Origin: a virus
Lineage: Duplodnaviria > Caudoviricetes
DNA length: 47,026 nt
IMG/VR virus record: IMGVR_UViG_3300035562_000054
Coordinates: 1 to 47,026 of that record
Strand: one strand, 5' to 3'
Position numbers and translations under genes: made by a program. Each line of letters opens with the position of its first letter. Position 1 is the stretch's first letter. The notes under the pieces were generated by a model. The model had not been told where the DNA came from. It saw only the letters and a list, made by a program, of their open reading frames with translations, and searched no databases. This document shows, one piece after another, positions 33,852 through 42,964 of this stretch.

Positions 33852-34184
33852 GTGGCAACAGTAATTAACGATTTGGCTTTTCTTGATAGTCTGGAGTCAT
33901 CATTTACGCTCAACCTTATTAAACCGTTATCCTCCGTAGATGGTAAGGAAAACTTTAATAGCTTTGTGATAAAAGAACCCTGTTTTTCTCAAATTGAACA
34001 GTTTTATGATGAGCAGTCTAAAAACGGGAACATGTCGGCAATGGGGTTGCTTATTTCATTATTAAGCGAACCACTGATCCCACAAAATATAATTAAGGGT
34101 ATGAATTACCGTGATTATAGGAAAGCGGAGAAATATCTACTGGATTTTTTGCGCTATCCGCCATCATTTGGGGGAACGCAGTAG
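33852..34184 (+). CDS. Tail assembly chaperone; predicted -1 frameshift extension to 34300
   Basis: Between tube and tape measure genes; TTTTTTG at 34145-34151; the -1 frame reads AEVTHFYHWGP.EA...W, like P2 gpE'. Confidence 0.8.
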   Translation: MATVINDLAFLDSLESSFTLNLIKPLSSVDGKENFNSFVIKEPCFSQIEQFYDEQSKNGNMSAMGLLISLLSEPLIPQNIIKGMNYRDYRKAEKYLLDFLRYPPSFGGTQ

Positions 34185-34292
34185 CCGAAGTTACACATTT
34201 TTATCACTGGGGTCCTTATGAGGCTGGCAAGTTACCCGCCAGCCGTTTTTTATTCTGGTACTTACAAATGAAACGCATGGGAGGGGGAATTA

Positions 34293-36182
34293 ATGGGTGA
34301 GCAGTTCGATTTTGATTTGGTAGCCAATGATGATGCATCAAAGCAAATTGATAATATTATTCGCTCAGTGCAGTCTCTCTACCCACCGTTAGATAAATTA
34401 AAAGGAGGTTTAAAACTTGGAGGGCAAGAAACTTTAAATGGTCTGGATTCTCTTATAGGACAATTTAAGGGGTTAAATACCTTTGCTAAAGATGGTGTTC
34501 AGTTAATTGGCGATATGGTTCCCCCATTAAAAATGGTGGGGGGGTTATCTCTTGGCATTGGTGCAGCGGCCGCAGGGATTTATAAAACAGTTACTGGCAT
34601 GAGAGAGGCGGGAAAAAGTGCGCAAGAACTCTCTACGTCTGCACAAAATGCGGGATTAAGCGTTGAGAGATTCACTCAGTTATCCGGTGCGATGCAAGTT
34701 TTGGGTATTGATGCCGATTCGGCTAAACAATCTGTTGAGGGGCTTTACAGTGTTTTCAATGAGGCTCTACAGGTCAGAAATGTTGAGACTTTATCTCTTC
34801 TTAATCAAATGGGCGTTCAGATTGCTAAGAATAAAGATGGAACTGCTGATTTAATAGGGTCGATGCGAAATCTCTCTAAGGTATTTCCGTCTTTAAGCCC
34901 TCAGAATCAGAAAAAAGTCTCTGATATGCTGGGCCTTGATGCTAATAGCCTAAGATTACTCAGAACAGGTAAATTTGATGAGTTAATGCGCAAGTCTAAA
35001 AATTTTGGACTGACTGTCCCTGATGGGTTAAATGACGACCTCACTGGCATCAATGGCGCAATCAATGAAATGGGTGCTGCGTGGGACGGTCTGAAACAGA
35101 AAACCAAAGGTGGGCTTTACAGTTTGCTGTTATCCGATGGCTCAGTAAAAGATAGTATTGATGGCGTTACTGATTTATTAACCCATGGACCAGACAATTT
35201 TTCATTGATGAAGGTTCTGGGAGTAACAAGGGGAAATGAATCTGATCAGCTCAGGAAAGGATATAACGACCCGGAATTTTATAAGACGCTGAGCATCACC
35301 GAAAAATCGGCGATGGATTTTGGGGTTATGACGGATGGTCTACGTGAGAAATTCCAGGCGTATTACGGCCCTAAAGAAATGGCCAGCCAGTTGGCTAGCG
35401 ATCTGGCCGTTGCGTTGCAACGCTCAAACTCAACAGGTGCAAATAGCTATCAGGGGGTAAATATTGGCCAGCCCAGCGCAGGGGTTAACCCTCGCGCGCG
35501 GTCAGTGCGGAATAATAACCCGTGGAATATTAACTATGCTCGCCAGCAAGGTGCGGTGAAGGAGCCTGGCGCTGGTGGAACAGCTCGGTTTGCAAAATTC
35601 GAGACGCCCGAGGCAGGCATTGCCGCCGCTGATCGTCAGTTGATGTTGTACTACACCGGGCAAAGTAAGGCCGCAGGGAATCGGCCTCTGACGACAATAG
35701 AGCAAATCATTAGCACTGCCTCCCCACGTTCAGACGGGAACAATACGCGCGCCATGATATCGGGAGCCAGTCGGGAACTTGGGGTGAACCCAGGCGATCA
35801 ATTAAATCTGACAGATCCAGCGTTAAGAGCGCGAGTATTAACTGCCCTGTTTAACCAGGAAGGTAACAACCCGTGGTCCTCAGAACAGGTTAAATCCGTC
35901 ATTAGCGGCGAACCGGTTAGCCAGATTCAGAACAAAACCGAAAACAACAACGTTTCTAACACCTCCACAGTAAATAACAACAGTAAATCCAGCACATCGA
36001 CGGTGAATAACAGTAAAAGCCAGGATCACAGCCAGGGTATTTCCGAGGCGGTTCGGGAGGGGCTTTCTAACACCAAATTACAGGTTGAAGTCACGATGGT
36101 TGATCCTCGCACTAACCAACAAACGCAGGCGACAGGGACGACCGGGGGCCGGGTTGCGGTCTCTATGCCATTTACGGGGTAG
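34293..36182 (+). CDS. Tape measure protein with C-terminal lysozyme-like domain
   Basis: Helical Ala/Gly-rich N-terminal part; RNNNPWNI...FAKFETPEAGIAA lytic-domain motif. Confidence 0.85.
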   Translation: MGEQFDFDLVANDDASKQIDNIIRSVQSLYPPLDKLKGGLKLGGQETLNGLDSLIGQFKGLNTFAKDGVQLIGDMVPPLKMVGGLSLGIGAAAAGIYKTVTGMREAGKSAQELSTSAQNAGLSVERFTQLSGAMQVLGIDADSAKQSVEGLYSVFNEALQVRNVETLSLLNQMGVQIAKNKDGTADLIGSMRNLSKVFPSLSPQNQKKVSDMLGLDANSLRLLRTGKFDELMRKSKNFGLTVPDGLNDDLTGINGAINEMGAAWDGLKQKTKGGLYSLLLSDGSVKDSIDGVTDLLTHGPDNFSLMKVLGVTRGNESDQLRKGYNDPEFYKTLSITEKSAMDFGVMTDGLREKFQAYYGPKEMASQLASDLAVALQRSNSTGANSYQGVNIGQPSAGVNPRARSVRNNNPWNINYARQQGAVKEPGAGGTARFAKFETPEAGIAAADRQLMLYYTGQSKAAGNRPLTTIEQIISTASPRSDGNNTRAMISGASRELGVNPGDQLNLTDPALRARVLTALFNQEGNNPWSSEQVKSVISGEPVSQIQNKTENNNVSNTSTVNNNSKSSTSTVNNSKSQDHSQGISEAVREGLSNTKLQVEVTMVDPRTNQQTQATGTTGGRVAVSMPFTG

Positions 36183-36184
36183 CT

Positions 36185-37543
36185 ATGAGCCTGATTGATA
36201 CAGTGACCGACTTCTTTGATCCCGAGGGGTCTAAAAAGTGGTTTGAAACACTCCAGAAAGCACAATTCAGAGGTGTCCCCTTTGCCGTTCTTGGGGGACA
36301 AAGCTCATTTGGCCGTAAAACGGCCGTCCATGAGTACCCGTATCGTGATAAACCGTGGGTTGAGGATTTGGGTAGGGCAACCCGTAAATTTACCGTGAAG
36401 GGCTTTTTGGTTGAGGATAGCGTTATATATGGCGGCGGGGCGGTAATTGATCAGCGTTCCAATCTCATTGCTGCATGTGAAACAGCCGGTGCCGGGACAC
36501 TGATTCACCCGACATATGGTGAGTTAACGGTAAGTATTCCTGCTGGGGGGCTCCAGATTGTTGAGCAATGGGATAACGGCCGCTACTTTGAGTTCACGCT
36601 CAGGGCGATCGAGTCCGGGTTAAAGGTGTTTCCGGTTACGACGTCAACCCCGCTCCCGGATGAGGAGTCGTGGTTAAAGTCTATCGCTACAACGACGCTC
36701 CAGTTTGTTACGACCATCAACAGCATACTCAGGAAGAGTACGGCGCTGATTCAGACGTTGCAAAGTACCGCTGTTTTTTGGGTTAGCCAGGTAACCGGCA
36801 CGGTAAATGAAGCCAATAACCTTATCAATACCATCACCGATGTTTTTGACAGCAACAATTACGGCCGGTTTCAGCCATCGAGCAATAGTGGGTTGGTGAG
36901 TAACCAAACCTACCCGGTCTTAATGCAGAAGCAAAAGGCCGCCAGTGCTCAGAATCGCGGCAAAGTGGCCACAGTCGGTGATGAGTTGGTTAAATCGGTT
37001 GACGCTGAAACTTATGCTGAAAAAGGCAATGAGCTGCTATCCGCCGTTGTGCTGTCGGTCAGTGAACCACAGGACCAGATCCGAATTTTTATTAATCTGT
37101 CTGTGTTTGAAACCGGTGATTATGTTCCTGGCGTTGACGGTGCGGTACAAGATGCCGCGACACTCTTTTTTCAGCGCCTTGCTCTGGCTTATCTGGGGCG
37201 TGCTGCGCTCAATTATCAGCCGGTATCTCATGATGACGCCTGGGACGTTATGACCCTGGCGGGTGAGGCTCTGGAGGTTGGCGCGATCAATGCGGCTGAT
37301 ATGGGACACGATGACACATACCGTGATTTGATCGCGTTACATAATACGGTTGTTTCAACGCTGACAGAACGTGGCGCAAATCTGGCTCGTTTCACTGAAT
37401 ACCAGTTTTATACCTCTCTCCCCTCGCTTGTTCTTTCTGAGCGTATTTATCAGGACCCGGCACGCAATAACGAGCTGGTGAGATGCGTTAATCCTGTTCA
37501 CCCGGCATTTATGCCACTGGATTTTAAGGCGCTCAGCAAATGA
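36185..37543 (+). CDS. DNA circularization protein (Mu gpN-like)
   Basis: A.FRGVPF, HEYPYRD..WVEDLGR, GTLIHP.YG and HPAFMP motifs. Confidence 0.92.
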   Translation: MSLIDTVTDFFDPEGSKKWFETLQKAQFRGVPFAVLGGQSSFGRKTAVHEYPYRDKPWVEDLGRATRKFTVKGFLVEDSVIYGGGAVIDQRSNLIAACETAGAGTLIHPTYGELTVSIPAGGLQIVEQWDNGRYFEFTLRAIESGLKVFPVTTSTPLPDEESWLKSIATTTLQFVTTINSILRKSTALIQTLQSTAVFWVSQVTGTVNEANNLINTITDVFDSNNYGRFQPSSNSGLVSNQTYPVLMQKQKAASAQNRGKVATVGDELVKSVDAETYAEKGNELLSAVVLSVSEPQDQIRIFINLSVFETGDYVPGVDGAVQDAATLFFQRLALAYLGRAALNYQPVSHDDAWDVMTLAGEALEVGAINAADMGHDDTYRDLIALHNTVVSTLTERGANLARFTEYQFYTSLPSLVLSERIYQDPARNNELVRCVNPVHPAFMPLDFKALSK

Positions 37544-38625
37544 CAGTCGAAAAAACGGAAAAAGTAGACGAGCTATACCTTGAGGTCAGGGGGCGTGTGT
37601 TACACGGCTGGGACCGGATACGGATTACGCGCGGCATCGAGAGAATGCCCTCAGATTTTGATATTTCCATCATGGATTATTACCCCGGTGACGAACAACA
37701 GCAGTTGGTTAGCCCTGGTGATCCGTGCGTTGTGAAGCTGGGAGAAGACATAGTAATAACCGGCTACGTTGACCGTTGGTGTCCATCAATTCGCCCGAAT
37801 CAGCATCAGATCCGTGTGACCGGTCGTGGAAAATGCCAGGACCTGGTTGATTGCTCGGCAGAGTGGGAAAGTAATGTTATGACGGGGCTTGATGCGCTGG
37901 CCATGTCTCAGCGTCTCGCCGCGCCTTACGATATTGACGTAACAACAGACGTTACCGGCCTACAGGCCGCGCCGCAATTTACGATTAACTGGGGGGAAAG
38001 TTCTCAAGAAATTATTGATCGTGTGTGCCGCTGGAGCGCGTTACTTGCGTATGACCTCCCGGACGGCAATTTATACCTCACCCGCGTAGGCACACAAAAA
38101 GCCGCGTCAGGGGTGATGCAGGGCGAGAACATACAGGCGGCGGACTATCAAAGCAGCATAGACCAGCGTTTTTCCGATTATGTAGGGTTGTCCATGTCGG
38201 TTACGCCGCTTTATGAAGTGGGGTCCTCCGTTGAATATGGCGGAACGTTTCTGGCCAGCGCTCAGGACCCTGAAAAAATGCGCCATCGTAAGAAAATAGA
38301 CATTATTGAAAGCACGATGATCGCGAATGGCGTGGCTCAGCAGTATATCGACTGGGAAATGAACCGGCGCTATGGCCGTTCAAAAGCCCTCCGCGTAGTT
38401 GTGGACAGCTGGCGCGATAAGTCCGGCAAACTTTGGGAAATCAACACCCAGGTTCCCATTAGCATTCCTGTTTTTAACATTACTGATATGTATTGGTTGC
38501 TCTGTGAGGTGACGTTTACGCGCGATCAGCGTGGGACAACGGCCGAGCTTATTTTGATGCCGCCAGAGGCGTTCACCGTTGAGCCGTACCAGTTCTATCA
38601 GCAGGTAAGGGAGCTTAATTACTAA
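37540..38625 (+). CDS. Baseplate hub protein (Mu gp44/P-like)
   Basis: GW..IRITRGIE, VITGYVD, GR.K..DLVDCSA and W...G.LW..N motifs. Confidence 0.9.
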   Translation: MTVEKTEKVDELYLEVRGRVLHGWDRIRITRGIERMPSDFDISIMDYYPGDEQQQLVSPGDPCVVKLGEDIVITGYVDRWCPSIRPNQHQIRVTGRGKCQDLVDCSAEWESNVMTGLDALAMSQRLAAPYDIDVTTDVTGLQAAPQFTINWGESSQEIIDRVCRWSALLAYDLPDGNLYLTRVGTQKAASGVMQGENIQAADYQSSIDQRFSDYVGLSMSVTPLYEVGSSVEYGGTFLASAQDPEKMRHRKKIDIIESTMIANGVAQQYIDWEMNRRYGRSKALRVVVDSWRDKSGKLWEINTQVPISIPVFNITDMYWLLCEVTFTRDQRGTTAELILMPPEAFTVEPYQFYQQVRELNY

Positions 38626-39221
38626 TGGATATCAGCGCCGCTTACCGGCAACTTTTGCGCCGCGTTCAGATGGCGTTATCTATTGGCCGCGTGACGGCGG
38701 CCAGCGATAGCGGCCCCATTCAAAAGCTACAGGTACAGACGCCCTTAGAGGTGCGAGGCGATACGCCGCGTATGAGTGACTTTGGTTTTTCGTCTGGTTT
38801 GCCGGTGGGCTCTGACGTGGTAATCGCGTTTTTAGGTGGGGACCGTTCATCAGGCGTAATTATTGCGTCAAATCATCAATCCCATCGGCAATCTGGCCTG
38901 AAACCCGGAGAAACAGTTATCTATAGCCAGTGGGGCCAGCTCGTAAAGCTCACGGAAACAGGCATAACCATAGACGCAGCGGGTCAGCCGGTGGACGTTG
39001 TGAACTCAACGATCGTGACGATTACGGCCAGTGAGGAGATTATGGCCAAAACGCCGATTCTGAAATGCACCGGTGACATTATTGATAACTGCGAAAGCAA
39101 CACAGCAACGCTTAAGCAGCTCCGAGAGGCGTATAACGACCATGATCACCAGGTTAAAAACGTTCAGGGTGGTAACGACACAATCGACAGTGAAAAGCCG
39201 TCTAACCCCGTAGGAGGGTAG
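38625..39221 (+). CDS. Baseplate spike protein (Mu gp45/gpV-like)
   Basis: FGFSS..P.G...V..F.GGDRS.GV; C-terminal YN.H.H metal-binding motif. Confidence 0.9.
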   Translation: MDISAAYRQLLRRVQMALSIGRVTAASDSGPIQKLQVQTPLEVRGDTPRMSDFGFSSGLPVGSDVVIAFLGGDRSSGVIIASNHQSHRQSGLKPGETVIYSQWGQLVKLTETGITIDAAGQPVDVVNSTIVTITASEEIMAKTPILKCTGDIIDNCESNTATLKQLREAYNDHDHQVKNVQGGNDTIDSEKPSNPVGG

Positions 39222-39224
39222 TCC

Positions 39225-39668
39225 GTGAGTGATATCAAAACAGTCTGGAAAATAGATTCCGGTGGCTGGGTATCAGAAACCGGCGATCTGGCCAGCGGTG
39301 ACGATCTCGATACAGCAGTTTTAATTTCCCTTTTTACCGATCAGCAAGCGCGGGCAGATGATACCTACGATGGTGACGAGCGCCGGGGCTGGTGGGGGGA
39401 TTTGGGCGAGGATTACCGCATAGGCTCCCGCTTATGGCTGATTTATCGCCAGCGTTTATCCCGTGACACGGCCGAAAAGGCCAAAGACTACGCCCGCGAG
39501 GCGCTGCAATGGATGATTGATGACCTTATAGCGGGATCTGTCGAGGTAACTTACCGCATAGTCTATCCGTCGACCTTATATCTGTACGTTGCTATTGAGC
39601 AGCCGGACGGGAGCAAAAGAAGTTTTGAATTTGACTGGGCATGGGGAGAAATAGCGAATGCCGTATAA
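39225..39668 (+). CDS. Baseplate protein (Mu gp46-like)
   Basis: L.TAVLISLFTD, RGWWGD, GSRLWL and YAREALQW motifs. Confidence 0.92.
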   Translation: MSDIKTVWKIDSGGWVSETGDLASGDDLDTAVLISLFTDQQARADDTYDGDERRGWWGDLGEDYRIGSRLWLIYRQRLSRDTAEKAKDYAREALQWMIDDLIAGSVEVTYRIVYPSTLYLYVAIEQPDGSKRSFEFDWAWGEIANAV

Positions 39669-40806
39669 GCACCCGACACTCACTGATCTGAGGGCGCAGG
39701 TTAAGAGCGATATAAAGAGTGCGTTACCGAAAACAGGTGGGCTACTTCGGTTTTCGAACCTGGCGATCACCGGTGATGTTCAGGCTGGTTTGTCATATGG
39801 CCACTATGGCTATCTTGACTGGGTAGCACAACAATCAACGCCCTTTACCGCAACCGATGAGTATTTAGAAGCGTGGGCGGCATTGGTGACTGTATATCGA
39901 AAACCTGCCACCGCCGCCAAAAGCTCAGCCGCCAAATTAACAGGGGCTGGAGGGTCAGTCCCGGCCGGAGCCGTTATCAATCGCAAGGATGGGATCAAAT
40001 ACACCCTGGATAATGCTGTAACCATCGGGCTTGATGGCACTGCGCTAACGCCAGTAACCGCCGTTCTACTCTCTCCGCTTGATGATCCTACCGCTGGTGG
40101 AGCACTCGGTAATGCGCCTGTGGGAACCGTGCTGACACTTGATAACAGTTATTCCGGTGTTGATTCACAGGTCACGCTGATTAATCCGGCTACTGGTGGT
40201 GCTAACGTTGAGACAGACGAGCCTTTACGAACCCGAATGCTACTGGCCTATCAGGCATTACCTCAAGGCGGGAGCGAGACTGACTATGTAAATTGGGCGC
40301 TGGCGGTCTCAGGTGTCACGCGTGCGTGGTGTGTGCGCCGTCTGATGGGCGTGGGAACGGTCGGAATATACATCATGTGCGATGGCGACGATCAGACCAA
40401 CCACGGCTTTCCTGTTGGCACTGATGGCCTCTCGCAGTATGAAACCTGGGGCTACTACGCAAAAGCCACCGGTGACCAGCTGCGCGTTGCCGATGCCATT
40501 TATCCGAATCAGACGATAACGGCATTGGTCTATCTTGCTTCCCCGATCCCTAAAGTTATTGATTTTGCCATTACCGGCATCATCAAACAGGATCAGGACC
40601 TAACCGCTGCCATTAGCACCGCGATTAACCTGGTGTTTTTTACCCGAGGAGACCCTACAGGGGAAGGTATTGTAACCCTCTCGTCAATTAACGCGGGGAT
40701 CGCTTCTGTTCCGGGAACGGATGGATTTTTGATTACCTCCCCTACTCAGAATATAACGCTGGGTGTTGGCGAACTCCCGCAACTCGGAACGGTGACCATT
40801 ACATGA
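39658..40806 (+). CDS. Baseplate J-like protein (Mu gp47)
   Basis: GGA..ETDE.LR.R, PQGG...DY..WA..V.GVTRAW motifs. Confidence 0.92.
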   Translation: MPYKHPTLTDLRAQVKSDIKSALPKTGGLLRFSNLAITGDVQAGLSYGHYGYLDWVAQQSTPFTATDEYLEAWAALVTVYRKPATAAKSSAAKLTGAGGSVPAGAVINRKDGIKYTLDNAVTIGLDGTALTPVTAVLLSPLDDPTAGGALGNAPVGTVLTLDNSYSGVDSQVTLINPATGGANVETDEPLRTRMLLAYQALPQGGSETDYVNWALAVSGVTRAWCVRRLMGVGTVGIYIMCDGDDQTNHGFPVGTDGLSQYETWGYYAKATGDQLRVADAIYPNQTITALVYLASPIPKVIDFAITGIIKQDQDLTAAISTAINLVFFTRGDPTGEGIVTLSSINAGIASVPGTDGFLITSPTQNITLGVGELPQLGTVTIT

Positions 40807-41399
40807 CCAGCCTATTCACTACGTCCGATTATCAATCGGCGTTACTGGCGCATTTTCCGCGCGGGCGGGTTTGGCAAACGGGGCCCGATAATCCACTAAC
40901 CAAGCTGGCTCAGGCGTTAGCCAGGTCATTTCAACGCGTGGACGCCAGCGCGATTAGTCTACTTACTGGTGGTTTCCCGGCCACGGCGCTGGAGTTGCTA
41001 CCGGAATGGGAAGAGTCATTAGGTCTGCCGGATAATTGCACGATTGGCGAAACATATACCATTGAGCGCCGCCGCCAGGCTGTTGTTTCTCGTCTGGTGG
41101 GCAAAGGATCACTATCAAAACAGTTTTATATCAGTTTGGCCAAAACGCTGGGATATGACATTACCATTGATGAGTTTCGCCAGGCGCGTGCTGGGTTTAG
41201 CGTATGCGGTGAGGCTATTAACGGGGATGACTGGCCATTTGTCTGGCGGGTTAACGCCCAACAAACAACGTATGTTCAGGCTAAATGTGGCGTGACTTAT
41301 TGTGGTGAACCGCTGGCTACCTGGGGCAATAAAATTCTGGAATGTACACTTAACCAACTGGCTCCGCCGTTCACTGTGCTGTTATTTGGCTATCACTGA
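40803..41399 (+). CDS. YmfQ/DUF2313 baseplate wedge protein (Mu gp48-like)
   Basis: P.G.VW, LLPEWE..LGLPD.C, LGY.ITI.EF and LEC.L..LAP motifs. Confidence 0.9.
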   Translation: MTSLFTTSDYQSALLAHFPRGRVWQTGPDNPLTKLAQALARSFQRVDASAISLLTGGFPATALELLPEWEESLGLPDNCTIGETYTIERRRQAVVSRLVGKGSLSKQFYISLAKTLGYDITIDEFRQARAGFSVCGEAINGDDWPFVWRVNAQQTTYVQAKCGVTYCGEPLATWGNKILECTLNQLAPPFTVLLFGYH

Positions 41400-41449
41400 T
41401 TAAATAAAACGTTTTTTAAATTAATCAAATTAACTTTTGAGGGTTTTCT

Positions 41450-42361
41450 ATGCAAAAAATTGGCGATATTACCAATACCGCCACGCCAGACGGTGAATTT
41501 ACCGATGGTAATGTGGCTGGTGGGGTAAGTCCTACCTTATTACCTGCTAAGTGGTTTAACACCATACAGCGAGAACTATGTAATGTAATTACTAAAAATG
41601 GTGGGGTGCTAGACCCGGATAATAACCAACAAATATTCGAAATATTAAATTCAGTCTATTTAGCTAAATCTGATGCGGATGATTTTGGTAATCCTATTGG
41701 CTCGCCTATTCCCTGGCCGTCAGAGACTATCCCTGATGGTTATGCTTTGATGCAGGGACAGACATTTGATACGGCCAAATATCCTAAACTTGCGATCGCT
41801 TACCCGTCAGGGATTATCCCTGATATGCGCGGGCAGACGATAAAAGGTAAGCCTGCCAGCGGCCGCACGGTGTTGAGTGTTGAGGCTGATGGCATTAAAT
41901 CGCATACGCATACAGCGACAGCCGCAGCAACTGATTTGGGTACTAAAACGTCCTCATCTCATGATTATGGTTCCCCGACGACCAGCTGGTTTGATTATGG
42001 TTCAAAGCAAGCGAATGGTTTTGACTATGGCAGCAAAAGCACTGATGCACAGGGTGAGCACACTCATACTATATCACCGGCGCTATCTGGTGGCGGTAAT
42101 ATTGCGTCTGCAAATTTAACATGGCAAGGGCCTGCAAATACAAATACCGGCTCCGCTGGTAACCATGCGCACAGTGTGTATATTGGCGCGCATGATCACT
42201 GGACAGCCATTGGCGGCCACAGTCATACGGTCCCTATTGGTGCTCACAGTCATACTGTCGTACTTGGTTCGCACGGACATACTATAACCGTGGACGCAGC
42301 AGGTAATACAGAAAATACAGTCAAAAACATTGCATTTAATTATCTCGTGAGGCTCGCATAA
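41450..42361 (+). CDS. Tail fibre protein (collar domain plus His-rich tip)
   Basis: FTDGN...G..PT.L.A.W.N..Q.EL attachment domain; P.G.PIPWP collar; ends [16 protein letters not shown] like lambda Stf. Confidence 0.92.
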   Translation: MQKIGDITNTATPDGEFTDGNVAGGVSPTLLPAKWFNTIQRELCNVITKNGGVLDPDNNQQIFEILNSVYLAKSDADDFGNPIGSPIPWPSETIPDGYALMQGQTFDTAKYPKLAIAYPSGIIPDMRGQTIKGKPASGRTVLSVEADGIKSHTHTATAAATDLGTKTSSSHDYGSPTTSWFDYGSKQANGFDYGSKSTDAQGEHTHTISPALSGGGNIASANLTWQGPANTNTGSAGNHAHSVYIGAHDHWTAIGGHSHTVPIGAHSHTVVLGSHGHTITVDAAGNTENTVKNIAFNYLVRLA

Positions 42362-42930
42362 TGACATTTAAAATGAAAGAAGAAGCGCAAACCATTACTA
42401 TTTATAATTTGAGAGCAGATACTAAAGAGTTTATTGGTGCGAGTGATGCTTGTATTCCATCACACACCGGGTTACCTGCCTACTGTACCGATATTGAGCC
42501 AATGGAAGTGCCAGCGGGGAAGGTCGCTATATTTAATAGTTCAAAATCTATCTGGTCGCTGGTGGATGACTATCGTGGAAAGACTGTTTTTGATACGGTA
42601 ACTGGGAATGCAATGTATATAACGGAACTTGGATTGTTACCGGAAAACACCACTTTAATAGCACCAAATGGCCAGTACCAAAAATGGAACGGGAAAGCAT
42701 GGGTTAAAGACGAAGAGGCAGAAAAATCGGCTATGTTATCGGAGGCAACGGCTAAAAAAAACAGTTTGATGCAGGTGGCAAATGAGAGGATTGCTACCCT
42801 TCAGGATTCAGTTGAATTGGAAATGGCTACTGATGATGAGAAGAAAAAACTTACCGATTGGAAAACGTATCGTGTACTTTTGAGTCGAGTTGATCCTGCT
42901 GTTGCAGATTGGCCCGCTTTGCCTGAATGA
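42361..42930 (+). CDS. tfa: Tail fibre assembly chaperone
   Basis: [22 protein letters not shown]...W..YRVLL.RVD...WP..P closely resembles lambda Tfa. Confidence 0.93.
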   Translation: MTFKMKEEAQTITIYNLRADTKEFIGASDACIPSHTGLPAYCTDIEPMEVPAGKVAIFNSSKSIWSLVDDYRGKTVFDTVTGNAMYITELGLLPENTTLIAPNGQYQKWNGKAWVKDEEAEKSAMLSEATAKKNSLMQVANERIATLQDSVELEMATDDEKKKLTDWKTYRVLLSRVDPAVADWPALPE

Positions 42931-42964
42931 ATAAACCGGCCATTATGACCGGTTATGGTTTCAG

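Noticed and set aside
41450-42930. Tail-fibre inversion system or diversity-generating retroelement
   Set aside because: No invertase, inverted second fibre cassette, reverse transcriptase or template/variable repeat pair.
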